Source: Neocallimastix sp. 'constans' (taxonomy: Eukaryota). From it: a stretch of DNA of 64,000 nucleotides. The stretch covers positions 62,001-126,000 of the forward strand of contig JBODTK010000100.1 of assembly GCA_050613775.1 (NCBI GenBank). The letters are read 5' to 3'. The notes beneath the pieces are model-generated. The model was not told where the DNA came from, did not search any database, and saw only the letters and a program-made list of their open reading frames with translations. Position 1 is the first letter of the stretch. Each line of letters opens with the position of its first letter. Below are positions 30,194-43,307 of the stretch, piece by piece. Position numbers and translations under genes: made by a program.

Positions 30194-33100
30194 TAATAAT
30201 AATTGTATTAATGAATTTCAAAAAAATTTTTTTTTTTTTTTTATTATTTTATTTTATATATTTAAATTAATAATTTAAAAATTTTTTTTTTTCTTATTTT
30301 CATATATTTATTTATTTATTAAGATCAATAATGAACCTATTAAGACGATTACAATTAATAGCAATATGATTAGAGAAAGAGATAAAGAAAAGGAAAGAGA
30401 GAAAGAAAGAGAAAAGGAAAAAGAAAAGGGAAGAATAAAAGGAATTGAAAGAAATAGAAGTAGAGGAAGAAGTATAGATAGAGGAAGAAGTATGGATAGA
30501 GAAGTGAGTATAGATCGGGAAAGAAGTATTGATCGGGAAAGAAGCGTTGATAGAGGAAGAAGTAGAATTAGAGAAAGAAGTATAGACAGAGGAAGAAGTA
30601 AAATTAGAGAGAGAAGTACTGATAGGGAAAGAAGTAGAATTAGGGAGAGAAGTACTGATCGGGAAAGAAGTAAAATTAGAGAAAGAAGTAAAGAAAGAAG
30701 TAATAAAGATGAAAATAAAAAGATAAATATAATAAAAATTGAAAAGACACCAAATACAATAAAGGTTAAAGAATTAAAAGAAGAAAAAATAAATAAATCT
30801 GAAAAGGGTTCTAAAGATGAACAGAAAATTAAGCCAATTAATTTTATTATTAAAGGTAAGGATGACAAAGTTATACTTAAAAGTAAGGATGAAAAAATTA
30901 TATTGAAAAGTAAAGAAGAAAAGAAAGATAAAAGGGAAAAATTAGATAAAAAGGAAAGAAAAAGTACATCCACAAAATTAGATTATTTAGAAAAAAAGGA
31001 AATTGTTAGAGATAATGCAAAATTTATGGAACTTGGTGAATATATCATTGATGGTCTTAAAAATAGTAGTTATTCATTACCATTTTTATTACCAGTAGAA
31101 AATATACCGTATTATCATGATATTATTAAATGTCCAATGGATGTAAGTACTGCGGAGAAAAAGTTAAAAGCTGGACAATATAATAATAAAATTGAAGAAT
31201 TAATTAGAGATGTACGTCAAATTTTCCAAAATTGTTATATATTTAATCAAGACGGAAGTGCAATCTCGGAACAATGTAAAAATTTTGAATTAAATTTTGA
31301 AAATAAAATTATACCAGAACTTCGAAAAAAAGCAAGATATTTAAGTTTTCCATTGCAAAATAATTTAAATGATATTCAACCATTGTACAAACGCCAAGAT
31401 TTAAAAAATCAATCTATTATACCACCAGCATCTACATCAACCACCACTGTAAAGGATTCTATTAAAATTAATTTAACTTCAAAAAATTCAACATCTCAAC
31501 CATCCAAAATTACCTCAAAATTAGAAAGAAAACTTTCGGTTAGAACAAAAAATCAAAACAATGTTTCCATTGTCAATAATACAAATTCTTCTTCACCAGA
31601 ACGTACTCATAAAACTAACGAAAAATCAACTTCTATTGTTTTACCAACAACTAATTTAACTAATGAAAATGCTCCACCCAAACCTGTTAATAATTATAAA
31701 AATGAAATGAAAATGTGTAAAAGAGTTCTTGGAAAATTATTGAAAAATCCAAATTCAAGTCAATTTAAGGAACCAGTAGATCCAGTCAAATTTAATATCC
31801 CAACTTATTTTACAATTATTAAAAACCCAATGGATCTCGGTACTATAAAAACAAAACTTGAGAATAAAGAATATAAAGATAAATGCGAATTTGAATGTGA
31901 TGTTCGTTTAGTCTTTTCTAATTGTTTATTATTTAACCCACCTGGTACTCCTGTTAATGATTTTGGTATTGAATTAGAAAAATTTTTCAATAATGAATGG
32001 AAGGAAATGAACGGTGATTTATTCATGGGAAAAGAAGAACTTAAATTTTGTAATAGAATTATAACAAAATTACAAAAACATAAATCTGCGTCACAATTCC
32101 TATTTCCAGTGGATAAAAATATTTATCCTCAATATTATGAAATTATTCGGAAACCGATGGATTTAAGTCGATTAAAATCAAGATTAAATATTGGAAAATA
32201 TAAAGTCTTATCCAAATTTGAAAGTGATGTTCGATTAATCTTTAGAAATTGTTATATTTTTAATGATCCAAGTTCTTTTCTATCCCAACAAGCTCATATT
32301 TTAGAATGTTACTTTAATAAGGAATGGGCTAATGATTTAGAGAAGTTTAAATTATCTAAACTTTCTGAAACAACATCATCATCTTTAAATATTAATAATG
32401 AAAATTCTATTGAAAATAGTTACGTCATGGATAATTCTAAAATAAAAAATTCCTCAAAAAAATTAAAAACAAATGACTATGTAAATAATGAAGTTTCTAT
32501 AAAAGCAAGAACTAGCATGTCTCCTGAACCTATGGAACATTCTAAAACTATAATTTATCTTAAAAATAATACCAATGCAAATACTCTAACTAATGGATTA
32601 ACAAAGAATGAAAAAGGTAAAGATTATCAAGAAGATGATTTTAATTCAGTAAAATCTAAAAGAAGTTCTCTTTATTCGTCTGAAAAAGAAAGAAATACAG
32701 TAAAGGAAAGAATACATAAAGTTAAAAATGAAGTGAATGATAGTAATTCAAATGTTTCGGAAAAAAATAAATCAAATTTAGAAAATAAAATTAAATTAAA
32801 TAATACTCGTTCAATATCGGATTTAACTGAAGTTTCAGCGAAAAGAATGAAGAAAGATAATAGTAGTAATCAAGAAAATCCAAAAGAAAATAGATCGTTC
32901 AGTGAATCTAAAGAACAAAGTAATACATTTGTAAAATCTGAGGAATATAATAAATGCGAATTTATTTTACGAAGAATGAAAAAGCATAAATATGGTGGAC
33001 CATTCTTAGAGCCTGTTGATCCGGTTGCTTTAAATATACCAACTTATTTCACAATTATTAAGCATCCAATGGATATAAGTACTATTGAAAATAATTTAAC

Positions 33101-35036
33101 TCATGGTAAATATACAAGTATTATAGGTTTTTATAAAGATGTAGATTTAATGTTTAGAAATTGTTTTAAGTTTAATCTTCCTGAAGAGTATGTATATCAA
33201 GCTGGAAAATCTTTACAAGCTTTCTTTCAAAAAGAATGGGGAAACGCGAATTTACCTACTATTAAATCCACCGATAAAAGGATTAGACATTCCTCAAGAG
33301 AACCATCCATTACTGAATCTGAAATTAAAAAGAAAGATGATCATCGATCTTCTAATCGTGAACATGAACGTGAACATGAACATAATCATGATCGTGATCG
33401 TGATATTAATAAATCTCCAAATAAATCATTAGAAAGAGAAAATAGTAGTAATAGACATAGAGAAAGTAGTAATAGAAATGAAGGTTTAGAAGAATTATCG
33501 AAATCATCGTTAATTATAAATAAAAAACATAGACATGAAAATTCAAATAATTCATTATCTGAAATCTCCAAATCGAAATCACTAACCTCAAGTATTAAGA
33601 CTCAACTACTTTCTATTGTTCAAAAATTACAAGCTCATTCCTGTTCTCAAATATTCTTAGAACCTGTTGATCCTAAACAATTCCCTGATTATCAAAAGTT
33701 TATTCATAATCCAATGGATCTTTCTACCATAAAGAAAAAATTGGATAAAAATAAATATCAAACAATTGAAGAATTTAGATCAGATATTTCTTTAATCTTT
33801 TCTAATTGTAATATTTATAATCCGCCAGGATCTTGGGCAAGAGATCAAGGACAAAAACTAGAGGAATATTGGTTTACCCTTGATAAAACATTAAATCAAT
33901 ACAAGAAAAAATCATCTCATGAAAGACATTCCTTACCTATGGTGGAAGTTAAAGTATGTGAAAGTATTATAAGAAAAATGCTTCGTAACCCATATTCAGC
34001 TGCATTTAAAGATCCAGTACCCACAACAGTACCGATGTATCATGAAATTATTAAGAAGCCTATGGACTTTACTACGTTGAAAACTAATCTTGATAATAAA
34101 AAATATAGTACATTGAAAGAATTTCAATCAGATGTTAAATTAATCTTTAATAATTGTTATACCTTTAATATGGAAGGTTCAGATTTATTTGTTGCTGCTC
34201 AAAAATTAGAAGTTGCTTTTGATGAACTTTGGGAACGACGTCATGATTTGCTTCGACAAGCTACAGAAAAGTTAGCACAAAAGGGTTATAATGTGAAACA
34301 TTTAAAACATCGTTCTTCTACACTTCTAGTGAATAATACAGCTGATGATGATACTGTTTCAAATTCCAAATCAAAAATTAAAATGAGTACTGGTAATGAT
34401 CAAAATGATGATGACGCAATTCTGAAACCCCAAAGAAATAATAGTAATATAACATCGTCATCGTCCATGGTAAACTCAAAATCAAAGCAATACTCTTCCA
34501 TCATGAAAGAAAAAACATCATCAACAAATTATCAAAGTTCTGATGCACGTAACTATAGAAAAGGTTATAAAAAGCATCTATTAGAAGAAAGTGGTTATAT
34601 TGATGATAATAATGATAATTATAGTACAGGTCAGGAACATCGAAGTAAGAAAAAAAAAGTTAGATATGAAAATAATGATGATAATTATGATAATGATAAT
34701 GAAAATAATGTTAATGATAATAATGATAATGATGATATGGATATTGAATATTCTGATTATAATACTTCTAACAAAAAATCACATGATACTAATCGTAAAA
34801 CTTCTTCTATTCATTCCCATCATAGTCATGGACATCATCGTCACTCCTCAACTTCATATTATACTCAAGATGAATCAATTAATCGTTTAACTTCTTCACG
34901 TAAAAAACATAGTAGTAGTAGTCGATTAAAAGAATCTTCTTCTAGACATGATGGTGACAATGATGATGATGATGATGATGATAATAATTCATCTTCAAAT
35001 AATCAAGGAAATTTAAAAATTAAAATAAAAATTTAA
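24860..35036 (+). CDS. TAF2: TFIID subunit TAF2 with an RS/RE-rich linker and six C-terminal bromodomains (multi-exon; last exons 27867-29835, 29997-30150, 30324-35036)
   Basis: TAF2 motifs: HQRISLEVDF, GYAELII, IRLNCRQ, ARLWMPCID, QWYG...WADTWL, FGNNEYRYR, LKSPLVLYML, FADQWIYGTG, FTGPLTIRVHEPSG, WIRMDPDTEWL, QLQKDKDVIAQH, NDNTDNQYSD. GT-AG introns 29836-29996 and 30151-30323 join these in frame to the 1556-aa ORF, which has six PMD...NC.(F/Y)N bromodomains. The start exon is less certain. Confidence 0.88.
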
Positions 35037-35217
35037 TATCTAATTTCATATACCTTAATATATATCATACACCTATTACATATACACATTTATACACATA
35101 CATTCATATATATATTCACACAAATATCCATACAAATGCATATACAATATACATATATGTATTACATATATACATAAAATACTTCTCTTTTAAATATATA
35201 CTATATAATATTTGTTT

Positions 35218-35261
<44 letters not shown>

Positions 35262-36299
35262 CATATAATCATATAATTTTTTTAAAGCCTATACATACAT
35301 ACAAAAAAAAAAAAAAATAAAGAATAAAAAATAAAAATATAAAAATATAAAAATATAAAAATATAAAAATATAAAAATATAAAAATAAAAATTAAAGTAA
35401 ATTAATAATTGATTTTTTTTTTTTTTTTAAATTATTATTTTTTAAAAAACAAAACTAAATTACTATTATAATATTTATTTATTTATTTTATTACAAATTT
35501 ATTCTTATCTATATATATTTATAAGTAAATAAAATAAAAAAAAAATTTTTTTTTTTTATTTTTTTTTTGTTTTTTAAAACTTTTTCTTTTTCTTTTTCTT
35601 TAATCTATATATACAATTTAAGTAGATTAGTAAAACAATTATTTATTTTTAATTTATTTTAATTTATTTTAATTTCAACTAATTTTTTTTTATCATTATT
35701 AATTAAAAAAAAAAAAAAAATAAAAATAAAAATAAAAATAGTACCAATTTTTATAGACAATTAAACATATAATAACAATAACAACATCAAATAAAAGAAA
35801 AAAAAAAAAAAAAGAAAAAAAAAAAATAGAACCGATTCTTTTATTATATATATATAAAAAAAAAAAAAAAATCATTTTACTTTAATATTCTTAGTGATTA
35901 ATTTTTCTGAAATTTTTTGAAAAAATTTTATTGATTTATATGAATAGATTAACTCTGTTAATATTTAGCCAATGCAATTTAAAATAAAATTCTTCTACCT
36001 TTAATTTTTTTTGAAATTAATTTTATTATTCAATTCTTTACTGCTATATGAGAATTGAGAGGGCTCCGTTTAAATTTTTTTTCAAAATATAATTTAGAAT
36101 ATATGAAATATATGCAAAATAAGCTTCAGATATAATGAAACATATTGTAATATAAATAATATATATAAGCCACAATGTACTAATATAAAAGCATAAAATA
36201 TATTAATAAAATTGACATAATCATGAGAAGAAAAAGAACTCAAGAAAAAAAAAAAAAAAAATCTTCTAAATAAGTTCTGTTTCTTCATCCATCCCTTCT

Positions 36300-36462
36300 A
36301 TGAGTAAAACTATAAAGATTTTTTTTTTAATTAAATCTGTATTTAATTATAAAGATTTTAAATTAAATACATCAAATTTTGAAGACTGGTTTACTGAATT
36401 AAAACGTCATCTAATTCCACAAAACTATAATGAATAGATAGAAAAAGAATTTATCTATGAAC
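36300..36462 (+). mobile_element. Possible degenerate Ty1/copia-like gag N-terminal remnant
   Basis: Translates as KDFKLNTSNFEDWFTELKRHLIPQNYNE*IEKEFIYE, resembling the copia Gag start pattern L.gsNy..W...m...L. It has an in-frame stop, and I found no LTR pair or PBS. Confidence 0.3.
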
Positions 36463-37290
36463 TTTTTTAAACTTAATTACTAACTACTAAATTTTTTTTA
36501 AAATTGAACACAAAAAAAAAAATAAAAATAAATAAATAATATACATATTAATACAAATATTCTTTTATTAATATTTATTATATATTATAATATCTAAGTT
36601 AATTTTAAACAAAATTCCAAAGAATGACCCAAATGATACCAAATAAATAAAAAGTATGATAATAAAAGGCAAAAAGAAGATTAATCAAAATTTTCTAATC
36701 CATGCATTCTATTAATTTTTTTTTTTTTTTTTTTTATTTTTTTGTAAATTTATAAATTTTTAAATTTATACCCAATATGTTTTAATATATTTTAATCCAT
36801 TAATCATATACTGAAAATACTTTGAAAAAATTAAAGTAAAATTAAAATATAGTTAGTTATTTTATTAGATTAGATGAATATACTTATATAATTAATATTA
36901 TTTATATAATAAAAGTATTTATTTTCAATTTACTTTATAATTGATTATATATTATTACTAATTATTTCATGTATATGTCTATTGAGTTATTACTTAATTA
37001 TTTATTTATTGATTGTTATTAATTTATATATTTATTTATAATTAATATTTCATTTATTTAATTATAAATACAAATACACATTCTATTATTATTATAAACT
37101 AGAAAAAAAAATCATTGAAAATATTTTTAATTAATACTTTTATCAATGATTAAAATATTAAATTTGAAATTTAAAGAAAATTACAATAATTTTATAAATA
37201 ATTAAATAAAAAATAATAAAATATCTTTCAGAATACAATATTCAATATAAAAGTTACTATCATAATTGATATATCAATTCTCTTATATTC

Positions 37291-37322
<32 letters not shown>

Positions 37323-37993
37323 AAAAAAAAAAAAAATTATAATAAGCATTATTTATTTAATATATTTTTTAATATAGAACTATTTTTTAATGGTATTTTT
37401 GATATAATAACTTCAACTTCTGAAGTTGAATTAATTCTAATAATTGTGAAAATAATTCTTTTTTTTTTTTTATTCTGATTAATTAAACTCTATTAATAAT
37501 AAACTGCTTATATTAATATTTCCATATAATATTAATATTTATATATAAATAAAAATATTTTTTTACAATATAAATAATAAAAATTATATTATTAATAATT
37601 TAAGTAATAGAAATTATGAACAATTATGTTGATTAGAAAAAAAAAAGATTATAGATTAAAATTTATTTAATAATTAAGAAAAAAAAATTTATTTATATAA
37701 AAATAATAATTAATAAAGTATTAATTTTGAATTAAAAAAAAAAAGTTAAATAAAATAATTTATTGACCATTAAAACAATTTAAATAAAACATATATTATA
37801 AATAATTTTGATTTTTTTTTTTTTATTTATAATAAATTTATTTTAAAATATGTAGTTAAGATAACATTTTTAATTACTAAAAAAAATTTAAATTTTAATA
37901 GAATGGATTTTAGAAATATTATTTATTTATTTTTATAAAATAAAAATTTATATATATTCCAAAAAACTAATATTTTATTATTATTTTTATATA

Positions 37994-38695
37994 ATGACAT
38001 CCATCAGGACCACAAACATTTAGTAAATTCATTATCTATAGCCCATATAACCATCTTTTTCATTTCATCTCTTGCTTTCACTACCTGAAATAATATATAT
38101 ATCATAAATTATAAAATATGGTATTCCAAATACACCTGTTTTATGGCCTTTATTTTCATCTTTTCTCACATCTTCTAAAAAAGTTTCACTCTCTAACATT
38201 TTAATTATTATTATTAGTTTTTTTTTTAATCTTCTTTTCCAATTTTAATAAGAACGGATTTATCAGAGAGAACTAAATTTTTGGTGAAATAGGCATCAAA
38301 TAAAAGATGAATAATTTTATTAGCTTCTTTTCCTTTACTTTCAGCAAGCTTTGTTAATCTAGGAGCATCAAGCATATTTTTCTATATATAAAGTATCAAC
38401 ATATCTGAAATCAATTCCTTCATCTCTTTCCAATTTCGATATTTCCTCAATTACATTTCAAGCCTCTTCAAGAGTCATTCCATATTTTTTTTTAGCAAAA
38501 CGTTCATCTGTCTTTGAAACAACTTTTCTATTAGTATAGGGGATTTAATTCAAATGATTTTATTTTAAGATTTAACCATATCATCTATTTTCATTTATTT
38601 TAAAAACAGATTCTAATCTTTTTTCACCAATATAACAATATGGACATGTATAATCAGACCAATATACAATACCTTAATTTATTTGTTGATTCCAT
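37994..38695 (-). pseudogene. Full-length disrupted paralog of the FrnE/DsbA-family gene
   Basis: Collinear with 40028-40732 (IVYWSDYTCPYCYIGEKRLESV ... CGPDGCH) but with several frameshifts, internal stops and no stop after the final His. Confidence 0.88.
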
Positions 38696-39860
38696 TTTTA
38701 GACTTTTTTTAAGTTCAATTTTTTTTTTTTTTTTTTAAGTTTTTGTTCTTAAAAAGATATTTTACATTTATCTTTTACAGAAAAAAAAAAAAAGTAAAAA
38801 AATATATATTAAAAATAAAAAATTAAAATTTTATTTCTTTCTATATATATTATTTCTACTTTAATTTTTAACAGCAATTGACAACTATTTATATACTTTT
38901 TATGACAATTTTCTGAATAGATTTATTTATATTTTATTATTTTACTAATATAAAACTGAACATTTTTTTTTTTTATTTTATTTTTAATTTACATTACTTT
39001 TTTTTTTTTCATTATATTTATTAAATATTTATAATTAAGATTTATAATATGCAACTTTATTTAAACGTAAACTCCACTTTTTCCATTTTCTATTATAAAA
39101 AATAATTTATTTTAAAAGTATTTTTAAAAATTTTATAATTATTAAAATTTAATACTGAAAATTATATATTTTAAAATCTAATAAAATTTACTAATATCAT
39201 AATTAATTTTTTTTTATTTTATTTTTTATTTTTTAATTTGATATAGTATTTATACTAAATATATGCTAAAACTATACCTGTTTATCAAATTCAATTATCG
39301 TCCAGAATATTAAATAATTATTATTTTTATATTTTTATTTTTATTATTATTAGATATTTGAATTTGATATGCTATTTATGCTATAGTGAGAATATCAAAT
39401 TTATTTTATTTTCATTTTTATTTTATTTTTTTTTTTTTTTTTTTGATTTTTATTTGATAGTAGTTTTAGTATAGTTTTAGCATCAAACCCTATACTGTAA
39501 TCATTATATAATTTATTTTATAAAATATTTTTAATATTATAATAATACCATTATAATATAAGAGTTTTTTTTTTCCCCTATAATATATTACTGTTTTTAT
39601 GATGGATTTTAGAATATTTAAAATTTAATATATAATAAATATTTAAATTTTTATTATATATAGTTATTTAGTAAAAAATAAATTTATAATTAAATTTTAC
39701 ATTAGAAATTTAAAGTACAATGATTATTATTATAAATCAATATTTTATTGATTAAAATAAATAAATTTTTTTTAAAAAAAAAATAATAAAGGTAAAAATT
39801 AATTTTTTTTTCTTAATTTTTAAAGATAATTATTAAAAATTTTATATATTACCTTTATTT

Positions 39861-39908
<48 letters not shown>

Positions 39909-40027
39909 AAAAATTAATAATTAATAATTCTTGGAATTTATTTTTAATAGTATAATTGCTGCTTTAAAGGTTATGATAATTTAAATAATTTAATATTAAA
40001 GATAATTATATTTTGAGAATATAATAT

Positions 40028-40732
40028 TTAGTGACATCCATCAGGACCACAGGACATTCCTGATCCAGAATTTTCGAGATGATCATCCAGGGCATCCATT
40101 AAAATTTTCTTCATTCCTTCTCTACTTTGACAACCATAAATTCTAAATTTGTCATTAATAACAAAGAATGGAACTCCTTGAACTCCCATTTTATAGGCTT
40201 CATTTTCATCTTTTCTAACTTCATCCTTGAATTTATCACTATCAAGCATTTCGGTAATTTCTTTTTCTTCTAAACCAACTTCTTTTCCAATTTTGATAAG
40301 AATAGATCTATCTGATAGATCTAAATTTTTAGTAAAATATCCATCAAATAAAAGATAAATGACTTTATCAACATCTTTTCCTTTATTTTCAGCTAATTTT
40401 GTTAAACGATGGGCATCCAGCATATTTGCATATAAGGTATCAGCATATCTGAAGTCAATTCCTTCAGCTCTTCCTAATTTTGAAATTTTTTCTATTTGAT
40501 TTTTTGCCTCTTCAATAGACAGTCCATATTTCCCAGCGAAACGAACATCAGTTTTTGTTTTAATTTTTGAACTAGCAGTTGGATCTAATTCAAAAGCTTT
40601 CATTTTAAGCTTTACCATATCTTTTATTTTCATATCTTTCAGAACAGATTCCAATCTTTTTTCACCAATATAACAGTATGGACAAGCAAAATCAGACCAA
40701 TAGACAACATTAATTTTCTTTAAAGCGTTCAT
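40028..40732 (-). CDS. FrnE-like DsbA-family thiol-disulfide oxidoreductase, intronless, bacterial type
   Basis: WSDFACPYCYIGEKRL (CxxC), AFELDP, DAHRL, the GVQGVPFFVIN cis-Pro loop and a C-terminal CGPDGC (CxxxxC). No signal peptide and no introns. Confidence 0.93.
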   Translation of the reverse strand: MNALKKINVVYWSDFACPYCYIGEKRLESVLKDMKIKDMVKLKMKAFELDPTASSKIKTKTDVRFAGKYGLSIEEAKNQIEKISKLGRAEGIDFRYADTLYANMLDAHRLTKLAENKGKDVDKVIYLLFDGYFTKNLDLSDRSILIKIGKEVGLEEKEITEMLDSDKFKDEVRKDENEAYKMGVQGVPFFVINDKFRIYGCQSREGMKKILMDALDDHLENSGSGMSCGPDGCH

Positions 40733-41451
40733 GTTTTAATTATTTAATTTAAATTGTTTATTTATGTATTAGGAATTTTTCTTTAATAAACTATATTATA
40801 TTCAAAATAAAAATATATTTAATTTTTAATATTATTTCATTATAAATGAAAATTTAAAATTAAAAAAAAAAAAAAAAATTTTTTTTTTGTCTTATATGTT
40901 TATATATATACTTTTTTTTTTTTTTTTTTTTTTACAATCATCATTTTTAAATAATTTATAATAATAATTAATAATTAATATATTATTAAGCTAATTTAAA
41001 TTTAATTAAAATTTAATTAAAGCTTACAGAGTTATATATAAATATATTAAATCAAATAAACATATTAAAATATTAATAATATAAAATTTAAAAAATTCTA
41101 ATATTTATTAATTAAAATTATTTCCGCTTTTTCCGTTCTTTTTTATTTAATCTGAATTTTTTTTTTTTTTTTTTTTATTTTATAATATTTTATTTAATTT
41201 TTCTTAAACATAAACAACAACAAAAAAAAAAAAAAGTAATAAAAAAAAAAAAAAAAAAAAAAGAAATAAAATAAAAAAAAAAATATTAGTATTAAAATAA
41301 ACTAAAATTTTAATATAATAGAACTTTCTATTAAATAATTTTTACTAAAAATTGCTTAGCATTAAATTATTTCGAATTTTAATGTTGCCAATTTCCCTAT
41401 AAAATAAATTAAAAGAGATGAGATTATTTTGATTTAATATAAATTTTTATA

Positions 41452-41495
<44 letters not shown>

Positions 41496-42548
41496 ATATA
41501 ATTGGATTATTTATTAAAAACAATATCTGTTAAAATAAAAATTATTAAAAAAAAAAAAATTGTACTTTTAATAATGATTATTATATAAATTAATTTTATT
41601 ATTAGAATGATTAATTTCATTAATAAAAAATAATTTTTATTAAAAGAATTAAAAGATTTTTAGAGAAACATCATGAGACTATATATCTATTATAGTTTTT
41701 ATATATAATAATTGTTAAATATAACACTTTAAATCAGAAATGATATTTATATTTTATTATGTGTTTATTTATTTATTTTATTGCTTTTTCATTAGGAAAG
41801 ATCTTCCTTCATTTAAGAATATGTACATTACATGTTATTTATAATTATTTTCTATAGGAGTCTAATAATATTGGTAACATTTAACGTTACACTGCATTAT
41901 ATTATCGAATAAAAATATTTTACACTTTATGTGTTTATTTACATTGTACATTATACTACATTATTAACTGTGATATTTAACAATATTAATAATAATAATA
42001 ATAATAAAATAAAAAAGTGTAAATATTAAATTAAAAAAAATTATAGCTGTAGTAAAAAAAAAAAAAAAAAAAATTAGTGAATTAAAATGACTATAAACTT
42101 TTATATATCAAATGGAATAATTTTTATTAAAAAATAAAGGAAATGTAATAATTTAATTTTCATCTAAATATAATATATATATATATTAGAATTAATTTGT
42201 AATTTTATTTATTTTGAAACAATATTTAGTTAGATGAAATTAATATCTTTAAATATTTATTATAAGAAATTATAATATTTAATTGATTCATTAATAATAT
42301 TATAACTGACAAAATGATACTATTTTTGTTAGTTTGTGATAATTTTTTCTATGAATAAATAAAAAAAAAAAGATAATATATGTATGAATATTTACTAACG
42401 CTATTCACTAATTTAAAAATAAATTTTTTAGTTTTTTTATAAATAACAATATTATATATATCAAACTCTAATTTTTAATATAAATTTATAAAACTATATT
42501 AATAAAAGTATTTTCAATAGATATTTTTCTATGTATTTATTTTCAAAG

Positions 42549-42597
<49 letters not shown>

Positions 42598-42613
42598 TTG
42601 GAATTATTATAAT

Positions 42614-42729
42614 TTAATGACATCCATCAGGATCACATTATCCTTCCAGTTCCTGATTTTGCTAGTTGATCATTTAATGCTTCCATTATTGTCTCTTTCG
42701 TATCTTCTTTATTAGGACAGCCATAGATA
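42614..42729 (-). pseudogene. 3'-terminal fragment of a third FrnE/DsbA copy
   Basis: Reads IYGCPNKEDTKETIMEALNDQLAKSGTG...(frameshift)CDPDGCH*, matching the end of the intact gene. The upstream portion is absent. Confidence 0.85.
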
Positions 42730-42944
42730 GTAATTAATATTTAAGTAAAGCTGGATGAATCTTTAAATCTTAATATTTAATTATATTTAAATTTAATTTT
42801 TAATATGTATAAATATTATTTTTAAATAGTAATTTGTAGTTAATTTCTACTGAATAAAGAATTTTGAATATTTCTATGGAAAAAAATTTTCAAAGAAATA
42901 TAAAATAAACAAGTATATAATATATATAATTATATATAAATATT

Positions 42945-43245
42945 CATAAGGCTTTCCCTCAAATGATTATTTCACCCAACCCTGATACTACTCTTTGAAT
43001 TGATGACTGTAAAATTTCCAATCACCAATGATTACACCCACTAGGGAGGAGTTAATGATTCCGTTCTGATGCAAGTGCTCAATAGAAATATATGTAGGAA
43101 CGTTAGGAAATTCATCTCCGGGCAGTGTGTAACGACGATTGAGAGCGGCGAAGCTGTTACAGTATGCCAATAACTCATCACCTTACAGTTAATTAATAAC
43201 TGTATGGCCATATGGGAGATGGGTACCCATATGTGCAAGTCTATG
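42945..43245. other. GC-enriched self-complementary island, candidate structured ncRNA (unidentified)
   Basis: Clearly richer in G+C than its flanks, with no convincing ORF or splice context and several inverted repeats (see findings). Confidence 0.35.
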
Positions 43246-43271
43246 TTTTTTTAATATATATAAATATAAAA

Positions 43272-43307
<36 letters not shown>

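Noticed and set aside
16659..35036. M1 aminopeptidase next to TAF2 (which has an inactive M1 fold) as a tandem duplication
   Set aside because: TAF2 diverged from M1 peptidases early in eukaryote evolution, so the adjacency is most likely chance.
42988..43238. Two short minus-strand ORFs in the GC island
   Set aside because: Non-ATG starts, different frames and no recognised motif; the IIGDW resemblance to an APE motif is too weak.
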